Source of the DNA: an uncultured Actinomycetota bacterium
Lineage (GTDB): Bacteria; Actinomycetota; Actinomycetes; JAHEKZ01
Assembly (NCBI GenBank): GCA_963726755.1
Contig: CAVSDB010000001.1
Span: forward strand, 429,127 to 493,126
Direction: 5' to 3'
Length of the DNA stretch: 64,000 nucleotides
The notes below the pieces were generated by a model. That model was not told the DNA's origin and did not search any database. It was given only the letters and a program-made list of their open reading frames with translations. A program made the position numbers and the translations under genes. Numbering within the stretch: the stretch's first letter is position 1; every line of letters starts with the position of its first letter. Positions 52,677 through 61,982 of this stretch are shown here, piece by piece.

Positions 52677-52931
52677 GAACGCTCCCTTACTAATAGGTGA
52701 ACTCGAGATGAATACTCGCAGGAACGTTAGGAGGGGTCGATGACTCCATGATGGACGTTAAATGAACTCACGGTGAACACGCCGGTAGACCTGCTCTGAC
52801 CTGCGGGTTTGTCGAGAAACTGGCTTTGCGATTCGATGGCTCGTTGGTGATCATGTAACCTTTAGTTCACCTGTTGTTCATCCGATACCTATCGGAGCAG
52901 GTTCAAAAAGATCACGAAAGAGGGTGACGAA

Positions 52932-53039
52932 ATGGCTATCACTGAAGCGCTGAGCCGTGTGCTCCGCCCCAATGACACCTACTACATGCGCGCCCTTCGC
53001 TCGGTTACCGACGAAGATCGCGACGCTAAGTCCCGCTGA
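52932..53039 (+). CDS. candidate 35-codon small ORF (MAITEALSRVLRPNDTYYMRALRSVTDEDRDAKSR)
   Basis: Strong Shine-Dalgarno GAAAGAGGGTGA ending 6 nt before the ATG, inside an unusually low-GC intergenic region. No similarity recognised. Confidence 0.3.
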   Translation: MAITEALSRVLRPNDTYYMRALRSVTDEDRDAKSR

Positions 53040-53060
53040 TCCGTTCGCTCCACCCCTGCT

Positions 53061-53260
53061 CGCCTAGGCTGGCCCCGCTTTAGCGACCCCAAATCGCACG
53101 AGACCGCCGAACGGTGGCAGACCGGCATTTTCGAGCCACTTCCGCGGTCCAGAACGCCGGTCCGCCATCGCTCGGCGTGTCCGAAGGTCGTCTGTCGGGG
53201 CACCGGATTGTGGGCACCGCCTAGGCTGGCCCCGCTTAGCGACCCCAAACGCACGAGACG
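53061..53260 (+). repeat. two copies of a 42-44 bp direct repeat (53061-53104 and 53219-53260, about 95% identical) in the 5' leader of the next gene
   Basis: cgcctaggctggccccgctttagcgaccccaaatcgcacgagac versus cgcctaggctggccccgcttagcgaccccaaacgcacgagac. The second copy ends 10 nt before the ATG at 53271. Confidence 0.7.
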
Positions 53261-53270
53261 GAGCCACTCC

Positions 53271-55760
53271 ATGACGTCCCCTCAGACTGACCCTGCGCCG
53301 ACTTCTTCTGCAGCGCTTCCATCACGCGCCCGCGTGGTCGTTGTTGGTGGCGGCGTCATCGGGACCTCGGTGGCCTACCACCTCGCCCACATGGGCTGTA
53401 AGGACGTCGTCCTGCTCGAACGTGACCAGCTCACGTCTGGCACGACCTGGCACGCAGCCGGACTGATGGTCACGTACGGCTCGCTGTCGGAGACGTCGAC
53501 CGAGTTGCGCAAGTACACCCAGCAGCTCTACAAGAACCTCGAAGCCGAGACCGGTCTGGCGACCGGTTTCAAGGCATGCGGGTTCATCGAGCTCGCGCTC
53601 GACGACGATCGGCTCGAGGAGTTCCGGCGCGTTGCCGCGTTCAACCGCTACTGCGGCATCGACGTTCACGAGATCTCGGGCAAAGAGGTCGGCGAACTCT
53701 TCCCGCTTGCACGCACCGACGACATCGCAGCCGGCTTCTACGTCAAGGAAGACGGTCGGGTGAACCCGGTCGATGTGACGATGTCGATGGCCCGCGGCGC
53801 GAAGATGCAGGGCGCGACGATCATCGAGGGCGTTCCAGTTACAGGATTTCTCACCGCGAACGGTGCGGTGACGGGAGTTCGTACGCCACAAGGTGACATC
53901 GAGGCGGAGTTCGTCGTCAACTGTGCGGGCATGTGGGCGCGACAGTTGGGCGAACTGGCCGGCGTGAACATTCCCCTGCAAGCCGCTGAGCACTACTACC
54001 TGCTCACCGAGGAGATTCCCGAGGTATCGAGCGACTGGCCGGTGCTCGAGGACCCGGAGAACCACGGCTACTTCCGCGAAGAGGGTGGCGGGCTGATGCT
54101 CGGGCTCTTCGAGCCGGTGTGTGCGCCCTGGAACGTCGGCGGGATTCCGAACGACTTCTCATTCGGCGAATTGCCACCCGACTGGGAACGGATGGGCCCG
54201 TACCTGGAGAACGCGATGTCGCGGATTCCAATCTCGAGCGAAGTCGGGATTCGCAAGTTCTTCTGCGGACCGGAGAGTTTCACCGCCGACCTTGAACCCG
54301 TCGTTGGCGAAGCGCCCGAGTTGAAGAACTACTTCGTCGCGGCCGGTCTGAACTCGATTGGCATCTTGAGCGGTGGTGGTCTTGGTCGCGCCCTGGCGCA
54401 CTGGATCCTCAACGGACGTCCGGACATCGACGTCACGGGGTTCAACATCGACCGGCTGCACACCTACCAGTCCAACCCGGAGTACCGGGCGACGCGGACC
54501 GTCGAATCGTTGGGCACTGTCTACTTGCCGCATTATCCGACGAAGTCGATGAAGAGTGCACGCGATGCGAAGAAGTCCGCGTTTCACGACCGGCTCGTCG
54601 CGCAACGCGGGTACTTCCGCGACGTCAGCGGCTGGGAGGGTGCGGATTGGTACGCACCAGAGGGTGTGGCACCGGAGGTCGAGAAGCTCTCGTGGGGTCG
54701 GCATAACTGGTTCCCGTACTGGGAAGCGGAGCATCGCGCGGCGCGTGAGGGCGTCATCGCGATGGACATGTCATTCATGGCCAAGTTCCGCGTGCAGGGA
54801 CGTGACGCCGGGCGGCTGCTCGATCTCGTGTCGGCCAACAGCGTGGACGGCGATAGCGGCGTCATCACGTACACGCAGTGGCTGAACGAGGACGGCACGC
54901 TCGAAGCCGACCTGACGGTGACCAAGCTTGCCGAGAACGACTTCATGGTGGTGGCGTCCGACACCGCGCATCGTCATACCGAGGCGTGGCTGAAGCGCCA
55001 CACGAGCGAAGACATGCATGCCTTCGTCACCGATGTGACGTCTGGGCTCGCTCAACTCAACGTGCAGGGTCCGCGGTCGCGCGAGTTGCTGCAGACGTTG
55101 ACGTCGGCCGATTTGTCGAACGAGGCGTTCCCGTTCCGTGCCGCGAAGCAGATCGACATTGGCTACGCACGCGTGTTATGCGTGCGGATCACGTACCTGG
55201 GTGAGCTCGGCTACGAGTTGTACATCCCGACCGAGCAGGCGACGCACGTGTACGACCGGCTGGTCGCCGCGGGCGAAGCATTCGACCTAAAGCACGCCGG
55301 TTTGATGGCGCTTGCCAGCTTGCGTATGGAGAAGGGCTACCGGGACTTCGGGCACGACATCGACAACACCGACTCCGTCCTCGAGGTTGGGTTGGGATTC
55401 GCCGTTGACCTCGACAAGCCGGATGGATTCATCGGACGTGACGCGGTGCTAGCCAAGAAAGCCGAAGGTCCGCTGAAGCGACGTCTGGTGCAGGTGCTCG
55501 TCAAAGATCCCGAGCCGATGATGTTCCACGCCGAGGTCGTCAGCCGCGACGGCGTCCCTGTCGGTTACGTGCGTGCGGCTTCGTACGGTCACACGTTGGG
55601 TGGTTCGGTCGGACTGGCGATGGTCGAGGCAGACGTTCCGGTGGACGCGGCGTGGCTCGATGCTGGGGAGTGGACGGTCGACATCGCGGGCAACACGTTC
55701 CCGGTCGAGGTCTCCCTGCGTCCGATGTACGACCCGAAGAACGAACGCATCAAGATGTAA
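53271..55760 (+). CDS. dimethylglycine/sarcosine oxidase-dehydrogenase family protein (FAD-dependent oxidoreductase fused to a GcvT-like folate-binding aminomethyltransferase domain)
   Basis: VVVVGGGVIGTSVAYHLA (FAD Rossmann) and a C-terminal ..LGELGYELYIP.. GcvT fold. 829 aa from MTSPQTDP. Confidence 0.8.
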   Translation: MTSPQTDPAPTSSAALPSRARVVVVGGGVIGTSVAYHLAHMGCKDVVLLERDQLTSGTTWHAAGLMVTYGSLSETSTELRKYTQQLYKNLEAETGLATGFKACGFIELALDDDRLEEFRRVAAFNRYCGIDVHEISGKEVGELFPLARTDDIAAGFYVKEDGRVNPVDVTMSMARGAKMQGATIIEGVPVTGFLTANGAVTGVRTPQGDIEAEFVVNCAGMWARQLGELAGVNIPLQAAEHYYLLTEEIPEVSSDWPVLEDPENHGYFREEGGGLMLGLFEPVCAPWNVGGIPNDFSFGELPPDWERMGPYLENAMSRIPISSEVGIRKFFCGPESFTADLEPVVGEAPELKNYFVAAGLNSIGILSGGGLGRALAHWILNGRPDIDVTGFNIDRLHTYQSNPEYRATRTVESLGTVYLPHYPTKSMKSARDAKKSAFHDRLVAQRGYFRDVSGWEGADWYAPEGVAPEVEKLSWGRHNWFPYWEAEHRAAREGVIAMDMSFMAKFRVQGRDAGRLLDLVSANSVDGDSGVITYTQWLNEDGTLEADLTVTKLAENDFMVVASDTAHRHTEAWLKRHTSEDMHAFVTDVTSGLAQLNVQGPRSRELLQTLTSADLSNEAFPFRAAKQIDIGYARVLCVRITYLGELGYELYIPTEQATHVYDRLVAAGEAFDLKHAGLMALASLRMEKGYRDFGHDIDNTDSVLEVGLGFAVDLDKPDGFIGRDAVLAKKAEGPLKRRLVQVLVKDPEPMMFHAEVVSRDGVPVGYVRAASYGHTLGGSVGLAMVEADVPVDAAWLDAGEWTVDIAGNTFPVEVSLRPMYDPKNERIKM

Positions 55761-55819
55761 AGAACTCCGACCGACCTTCGGGGGGTGAAGGCCGGCCGGA
55801 GCGTCTGTGACTGGTGTTC

Positions 55820-57730
55820 TTAGTGCTGACCACCCTTGCTGCATGGGCAGCCGTCGTGACGGCTCAGACCCTTGCCGATGGCGTCGTGACTCGTGCGCTT
55901 GCTCGCGACTAGTGCACCGGCCTTAGCGGATAAAGCTGCCCGACGCTGCGTCGCGCGTCCCGACGAAGAGTTGATGTCGAACACCGCATCGCCGCCGACC
56001 ATAGTCAACTGCGGTACCGCGGTGTTGATTTCCGAAACGTCGCACTTTGTGATGTCGATGTCGAGCACGACCAGGTCGGCCTGCTTGCCCGGTTCCAACG
56101 TGCCGGTCATCTTCTCTTGGTGGAGTTGGTACGCCGTGGCGCTGGTGTGCATGCGCAGGGACTGCAGGCGGGAGATGCCCTGCGAGATGTGGAGCGGACG
56201 GCCCTCGCCGTAGATGCCGAACCGGTCGATCGCACTCTGCACCTGGTTCCACGGGTACAGCGGGTCGACTGGCCAGTCAGAGCCACCGGCGAGCTTGGCG
56301 CCAGCCTGCAGCAGGCTGTTCGCCGGGTACATCCGCTTGTGACGTTCGGCGCCGATGTACGGCTTGAGCGCTTCCATCGTCCAGACGTTGCGCGTCGCCC
56401 ACTGCAACTGCATGTCGGGGATGACATTGAGTGGCGCGAAGCGGTTGTAGTCGTCCGGGTGGACGAGCTGCAAGTGCGCGATGGTGTGCCGGTTGTCGCG
56501 AGCGCCGTTGTTGTGGCGAGCGATCTGGTAGCCATCGAGCGCGGCACGTACGGCACCGTCGCCGATCGCGTGGACGTGGACCTGCCAGTCGGCAGCGTCG
56601 AACTCAGTGGCCAGAGCTCCGAGGGTCGGGCCATCGACGTACAAGTCGCCATAGTGGTCACTGGGCTGCCCGTCGACGAGATACGGGTCGACCAGGAACG
56701 CGGTCTGCGAGGGGTACTCGATGACGCCGTCCATGAAGACCTTGATGGTGCCGAAGTTCAGACGCGGGATGCCGGCGTACTTGCGTGCCTTGTGCTTGGC
56801 CTTGCGGAGGGTTTCCGCGGGAGTGCCCGCCGCTTCGGCGGTGACAATCAGCGCTGGCGTGATGCGCTGATGGATGCGGCCTGCGCCAATCAGTTCGGCG
56901 TAGGCACCGAGCTGCCAGTTCTCGACCCAGGCGTCGAGGATCGAGGTGATTCCACCGGCGGACATCGCCTGGAACGCGCCGTCGATCGCGGTGAGCGTCT
57001 CCTCCCATGTCGCGGGTGGGATGAAGGAGCTGACCAAGTCTTGCGCCGAGTCCTTCAGCAGACCGGTGGGGTCGCCGTTGTTGTCTCGGACGATGCTGCC
57101 GCCGACGGGGTCGGGGGTGTTGGCGTCGACGCCGGCAATCTGCAGTGCGCGACTGTTGACCCACGAGTTGTGGCCGTCCGAGCCCTTCAAGATGATCGGA
57201 CGCGAGGTCGCGAGCACGTCGAGGTACGCCTTGTCGGCGAGCGTTCCGGTCGGCAGGAGGCCGACCGGGTTCCAGGTCTCGACGACGAGCCAGCCGTCAG
57301 GCTCGTGGTCCGCCGACGCTTGCAGGAGCGACGTCAAGAACGTCTGCAGGTCGGGAACGGTGATCTCGACGTTCTCCAGCGACGGGTTCAACGACGCAAG
57401 ACCTGCGTACATCGGGTGCTGGTGACCGTCGTGGATACCCGACATCACGGTGCCGCCGTGGGCGTTGACCATGTTCGTGTGCTGGCCGCGGTGCCGACTG
57501 ACTTCGCCGTGTCCTCCGCACGCGATGATGTGACCGTCCGCTGCGATAGCGATGGACTCGGCGATGGTGTTCTTGCGATCGCCCACGAAGACTCGACCGT
57601 TGTAGATGATCGTCGCGGCCGTGCTGTTGCTACTTGCGCGCGCGATAGAGGGGGCAAGCGAAACAGCAGCACCGGCGCTTATCGCACCGGTGCCGGCTAG
57701 GAATGCGCGGCGACTGACGGTTGATGTCAT
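55820..57730 (-). CDS. Tat-secreted amidohydrolase-family (Amidohydro_3-like) metal-dependent hydrolase
   Basis: Twin-arginine signal MTSTVSRRAFLAGTGAISAGAAVSLA. ..HDGHQHP.. and ..VHVHAIGDGA.. metal-ligand motifs. 636 aa. Confidence 0.7.
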   Translation of the reverse strand: MTSTVSRRAFLAGTGAISAGAAVSLAPSIARASSNSTAATIIYNGRVFVGDRKNTIAESIAIAADGHIIACGGHGEVSRHRGQHTNMVNAHGGTVMSGIHDGHQHPMYAGLASLNPSLENVEITVPDLQTFLTSLLQASADHEPDGWLVVETWNPVGLLPTGTLADKAYLDVLATSRPIILKGSDGHNSWVNSRALQIAGVDANTPDPVGGSIVRDNNGDPTGLLKDSAQDLVSSFIPPATWEETLTAIDGAFQAMSAGGITSILDAWVENWQLGAYAELIGAGRIHQRITPALIVTAEAAGTPAETLRKAKHKARKYAGIPRLNFGTIKVFMDGVIEYPSQTAFLVDPYLVDGQPSDHYGDLYVDGPTLGALATEFDAADWQVHVHAIGDGAVRAALDGYQIARHNNGARDNRHTIAHLQLVHPDDYNRFAPLNVIPDMQLQWATRNVWTMEALKPYIGAERHKRMYPANSLLQAGAKLAGGSDWPVDPLYPWNQVQSAIDRFGIYGEGRPLHISQGISRLQSLRMHTSATAYQLHQEKMTGTLEPGKQADLVVLDIDITKCDVSEINTAVPQLTMVGGDAVFDINSSSGRATQRRAALSAKAGALVASKRTSHDAIGKGLSRHDGCPCSKGGQH

Positions 57731-58410
57731 GTGGAGCCTTTCGTTGGGCGGGATGCGAGTCGTGCGGCAATGCCATCGAGCATGATTTCCATGGCATCGG
57801 TGAAGAAGTCCTTGTCGGCCGAGGCAGCGATGTGGGGTGCCGCCGCGTGAAGGTGAGGGAATTGTTCGGAGTCAGCGCTGGCATACCTACCGGTCCAGGC
57901 GTTGACGTCCTTTTCTTGGACGTCGACCGGCAGTGTCATGAAAGCCGCGGTCAGTCCGCCCCACGCCAACATCGAGTCGGCGAACGCGCGCCAGATCGTG
58001 ACCGACTCCTCGGGGTCGAAGCCAGCCAGGTTGAGAGCAGCCAGGACTCGCTCAATCGCGGCGGTCTCGGCTTCACCCTGGGTCGTGCGGGACGCGATCA
58101 GCACGGCCAACCGTGGATGTTGAATCGCTGAGCGATAGCCCTCTGCCGCGACACCTCGCAGCATTACCCGCCAGTCGTCGCTGTCCGGAAGGGTCTGAAT
58201 GGCTCCCGCGATCAGTTCGTCGGCCATCGCGAGGAGCAGTTCGTCCTTGTTGCGGAAGTACCGGTAAACCGCCGTGGGGTCAGATCCCAGCATCTTTCCG
58301 AGGTGTCGGAAAGTGAGCGCGTCGTCGCCTTCAGCGTCGATGAGCTCCATCGCCGTGGAGAGAATGAGCTCGCGGGACAGCCGGGCGCGGGGTTTGGTCG
58401 CCGTAGCCAT
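57727..58410 (-). CDS. TetR/AcrR-family transcriptional regulator
   Basis: ..LSRELILSTAMELIDAEGDDALTFRHLGKMLGSDPTAVYRYFRNKDELL.. (TetR_N HTH). Confidence 0.8.
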   Translation of the reverse strand: MATATKPRARLSRELILSTAMELIDAEGDDALTFRHLGKMLGSDPTAVYRYFRNKDELLLAMADELIAGAIQTLPDSDDWRVMLRGVAAEGYRSAIQHPRLAVLIASRTTQGEAETAAIERVLAALNLAGFDPEESVTIWRAFADSMLAWGGLTAAFMTLPVDVQEKDVNAWTGRYASADSEQFPHLHAAAPHIAASADKDFFTDAMEIMLDGIAARLASRPTKGST

Positions 58411-58505
58411 GTCGTCCAGAATGCGCCATGTCAACGCAGTTGTCAACGCTGTTGACTATGTGTCGATAGGGACCAAAGTGCCTTGCCGCCCCGGATACGC
58501 GCTGC

Positions 58506-60254
58506 TTGAGTAAGCGCGTGCCCCCCAACTCCGGCCACACCGTGCGCGGACGGGTTCATTCAGGTGCCGGTGCGATTCCCGGCTGGTCGACGCTGACGTC
58601 GTATCACCGGGAGTGGCTGGGCAAGGATTTGATCGCCGGACTGGTGCTCACTGCGCTGTTGGTCCCGCAGGGGATGGCCTACGCCGAGCTCGCGGGCCTG
58701 CCGGCGATCACTGGCCTCTACACCTCGATCCTCTGTCTGCTCGGGTATGCCGTCTTCGGACCGTCGCGGGTACTTGTCCTTGGGCCCGACTCCGCACTCG
58801 GGCCGATGATTGCGGCGACGTTGGCACCGCTGCTGTTGGCCAATGGGGATCCCGATCGGGCCGTCGTGTTGGCGGCCGCCTTGTCGCTGATGGTTGGGGT
58901 CTTGATGACCGTGGCCGGCATCGCCAAGTTGGGGTTCGTTGCCGATCTGCTGTCGAAGCCCACGCAGATCGGCTATCTGAATGGCTTGGCCTTGGTCATC
59001 CTCGTCGGGCAATTGCCGAAGCTCCTTGGGTTCTCGATCGATGCGGGCGGGTTGGTCGACCAGACCTCCGAAACCCTGTCGGGCATCGCCGCGGGTGACG
59101 TGAACCGGTTCGCCGCCGCCATCGGCGTCCTTTCGCTGGTGACGATCGTCGTCATGCAGCGGTGGCTGCGCAAGGTTCCCTCGGTGTTGCTGGTGGTTGT
59201 GGTCGCATCGCTTGCGGTGAACTGGCTCAACCTCGTGGACGACGGGGTCCAGGTCGTCGGCGCGCTGCCGCAGGGATTGCCGTCGTTCTCCTTTCCCAGT
59301 GTCAAGGTCGCAGATCTCCAGCCGCTGTTTCTTGGCGCACTAGCCATCGTCCTCGTCGCGCTGGCGGACACGATCACTACGGCCACGGCCTTCGCATCAA
59401 GAAGAGGCGAGCGGGTCCGGGGCAATCAGGAGATGGTGGGGATCGGGGCGGCGAACATCGCGACCGGTCTGTTCGGCGGGTTCTCCGTCAGCACCAGTGC
59501 GTCGCGGTCGGCCGTCGCGGATCAAGCTGGTTCGCGGACCCAGCTAACTGGAGTGATTGGTGCATTGGCGATTGCCGCCCTCTTGGTCTTCGCCCCCGCG
59601 CTGACTCGCTATGTGCCTCAGGCGACGTTGGCAGCGGTCGTGATCGCCGCAGCGTTTTCGCTCGCCGACCTCGGAGCGATCCGCAGACTGTGGCGACAGC
59701 GCCGAACAGAGTTCGCTTTGGCTATTGCGGCCTTCCTCGCCGTGGCGTTCTTCGGAGTTCTTGTGGGGATCGGTATTGCCGTCGCACTGTCGATCCTCAA
59801 TGTCTTCCGTCGCACTTGGTGGCCGCACCAGACCCAACTCGGTCGGGTCGAGGGACTGGCCGGATTGCACAGCACCGAGAGCCATCCGGAAGCCGTCACG
59901 CTCCCCGGGCTCGTGGTGTACCGGTTCGACGCGCCGCTGATCTTCGCCAACGCGCGAACCTTCGCCCATGAGGTACGCGAGTTGGTAAGGGATCAGCCGG
60001 AGTTGCAGTGGGTGGTCGTGGCTGCCGAACCGATCACCGACATCGACACCACAGCAGCAGACATGCTCGAGGAACTCGATGTTTGGCTCAATGATCGCGG
60101 GGTCTCGCTGGTGTTCGCCGAGATGAAGGACCCGGTGCGAGACAAAGTCGAGCGCTACGAACTCACTCGAACGATCGATCCCCACCACTTCTTCCCTACG
60201 GTGGAGGATGCGGTCGCGGAGTTCATCGCGGAATCGGGCCAGCATTGGCAGTAG
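58506..60254 (+). CDS. SulP-family anion transporter with a C-terminal STAS domain
   Basis: ..YHREWLGKDLIAGLVLTALLVPQGMAYAELAGLP.. SulP signature. STAS ..LVVYRFDAPLIFANARTF.. 582 aa. Confidence 0.85.
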   Translation: MSKRVPPNSGHTVRGRVHSGAGAIPGWSTLTSYHREWLGKDLIAGLVLTALLVPQGMAYAELAGLPAITGLYTSILCLLGYAVFGPSRVLVLGPDSALGPMIAATLAPLLLANGDPDRAVVLAAALSLMVGVLMTVAGIAKLGFVADLLSKPTQIGYLNGLALVILVGQLPKLLGFSIDAGGLVDQTSETLSGIAAGDVNRFAAAIGVLSLVTIVVMQRWLRKVPSVLLVVVVASLAVNWLNLVDDGVQVVGALPQGLPSFSFPSVKVADLQPLFLGALAIVLVALADTITTATAFASRRGERVRGNQEMVGIGAANIATGLFGGFSVSTSASRSAVADQAGSRTQLTGVIGALAIAALLVFAPALTRYVPQATLAAVVIAAAFSLADLGAIRRLWRQRRTEFALAIAAFLAVAFFGVLVGIGIAVALSILNVFRRTWWPHQTQLGRVEGLAGLHSTESHPEAVTLPGLVVYRFDAPLIFANARTFAHEVRELVRDQPELQWVVVAAEPITDIDTTAADMLEELDVWLNDRGVSLVFAEMKDPVRDKVERYELTRTIDPHHFFPTVEDAVAEFIAESGQHWQ

Positions 60255-60343
60255 CGCGAATGGGGCGCGCACCCGCGTTACCGGGCGGTTCGCGACGGTG
60301 AGCGGTCATATACGCCGCTGATTGTCGTGAACCGAAGCATCGG

Positions 60344-60820
60344 TTAGCACCTGATCCTGGTCTCACGGTCGAACACCGAACCGTGCAACAGGTGGCCCTT
60401 GTGACCCAGCACTTGAGCGAAGATCCAGACCCGAATCATGCTACGACCGTGCTCCCACTCGCCGCGCTTAAAGGTGTTGCACTGCATGCGGAGTGAGATC
60501 TCGTGAGCTCCGGTGGTTACCGGCTTGTTGAAGTGGACGGTTTCGCGATCACGGTCGGCCCATGTCCCGCTCGTACCGTGACTCTGGCCGCTGATAGCGA
60601 CCGTCGCCAGTCCCCGCCGGTACTCGGCCCCGCACCGGAGAAGCCCGAAGACCTGAACCCAGCGTGCATTCTTGTCGTCTCGATCGACACGCTTAATGGT
60701 TTCCGGCTCAAGGATGCATTGCCCGACGAAGGCGTTCCCGTCGATTTGCTCGGCCAGCGCAGGAGTTGATCCGAGCACTAGAGCCGCAACGATCCCGACG
60801 ACTGTTAGAAGTCTTCGCAT
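60344..60820 (-). CDS. secreted hypothetical protein (signal peptide, 4 Cys)
   Basis: MRRLLTVVGIVAALVLGSTPALA signal. No motif. Confidence 0.35.
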   Translation of the reverse strand: MRRLLTVVGIVAALVLGSTPALAEQIDGNAFVGQCILEPETIKRVDRDDKNARWVQVFGLLRCGAEYRRGLATVAISGQSHGTSGTWADRDRETVHFNKPVTTGAHEISLRMQCNTFKRGEWEHGRSMIRVWIFAQVLGHKGHLLHGSVFDRETRIRC

Positions 60821-60980
60821 GCGTTCTCCTGCCTCAGACGCCGAGGCGTCAGGCTAGTGCGTTGGGGGCCTCCACGCACGACCACCGTCAAACGCAGGCC
60901 TGGATTGAAACGGAAAGACTTAGACGGAGGTCAGAGTAAGGGAGTCGGCACTATCCTCAGGTCCCAAGAATGGGGCACCC

Positions 60981-61982
60981 ATGCGGTTTCGATCTAGAGA
61001 ACCCGACCAAGCCGGCGACCCGGCGATAGCCGACGTCGAGTCGCCGATTGTCGGGGACGAGTTGTCGGCTGGCAGCCCCTCGCCCTCCGGGGTCTCGCGG
61101 GTGTTGGGACGCGTGCCAATCACGGCGTTGCTCATCGTGGTCATCGCGGTGTTTGCGATCGCCACGCGACCTTGGGATTCAGTGAAGGCGGTGGATCCCA
61201 ACCCGGTGCCGACTCCGAATCTCTTGGTTGATCCGGCGCCGAGCGTGGGCAACTGCTACACGTACACGTTCTTCGACTTCGCGCAGGCAACTGAAACAAG
61301 TCCACAAGTCTCGTGCGCTGATCCGAGGCACGTCGCCTACACGGTGACCGTCATCAGGGCGCCTAAGGTCTCTCTCCCATACGACTTCGACAATGCCGCC
61401 GCGAATGCGTCTGTGGCCGCGTGTCAACCACCCGTTGACCAGTTGACCGGCATCGGCGACGGCGTCGAATTCTCTTCGATTCTGGGCGCCGTCTACGAAC
61501 CGACTTCGCTTCAACTTCGGGACGGTCAACGATGGCTGCGCTGCGATGTCGTGGAGCGAGGTCCGAAGGGTTCTCTAAGGCCACTCCCGATGCGGCTCGA
61601 CCAATCACTTGCGAGCGGACCGAATGTGCGCGACGCCCTCTGCGTGCACCCCGGTCCATGGGTGCCGGGCATGCACGGGGACCCTTCGATAATGGGATGG
61701 TCCAATCTTGCCGATTGCTCCGATCCGGATGCCGTTGTCGCTATCCGATCGGCCCACCTCGGACTCGACGCGACGACTTGGCCCGGTGCTACCCGGGTGA
61801 ACCGGGCAGCAGATCGCGCTTGCCGTACCGAATCCTCGCGGTTCGTTGGCCTGGCGTTGTCTCCACTGACGGCGCCGCAGGACTCGTGGACTCCAGAAAC
61901 CTTGTGCGTTGCTGAAATGACGGACTACCGCAAGTGGGTCGCAAAGGGAAAGTCACTGGCAATCCGTAGGGTCAATAGATAG
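60981..61982 (+). CDS. membrane-anchored extracytoplasmic hypothetical protein (Cys-rich)
   Basis: Single TM ITALLIVVIAVFAIA after about 45 aa. About 10 Cys in the extracytoplasmic part. Confidence 0.35.
   Translation: MRFRSREPDQAGDPAIADVESPIVGDELSAGSPSPSGVSRVLGRVPITALLIVVIAVFAIATRPWDSVKAVDPNPVPTPNLLVDPAPSVGNCYTYTFFDFAQATETSPQVSCADPRHVAYTVTVIRAPKVSLPYDFDNAAANASVAACQPPVDQLTGIGDGVEFSSILGAVYEPTSLQLRDGQRWLRCDVVERGPKGSLRPLPMRLDQSLASGPNVRDALCVHPGPWVPGMHGDPSIMGWSNLADCSDPDAVVAIRSAHLGLDATTWPGATRVNRAADRACRTESSRFVGLALSPLTAPQDSWTPETLCVAEMTDYRKWVAKGKSLAIRRVNR

Noticed and set aside
52690-52880. LexA (Cheo/SOS box GAAC-N4-GTTC) interpretation of the GTGAAC / GTTCAC motifs
   Set aside because: The spacing between half-sites is about 160 bp for the perfect pair, and the local sites do not fit GAACN4GTTC. 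They are more likely an unrelated operator or chance.
52900-53270. Glycine riboswitch upstream of the GcvT-domain oxidase gene
   Set aside because: I found only short CCGAAGG / CCGAACGG-like matches. There is no GGAGAG...CUCAGGCAAAAGGAC architecture visible, and I cannot run a covariance model. It is left as a check in the findings, not called as a feature.
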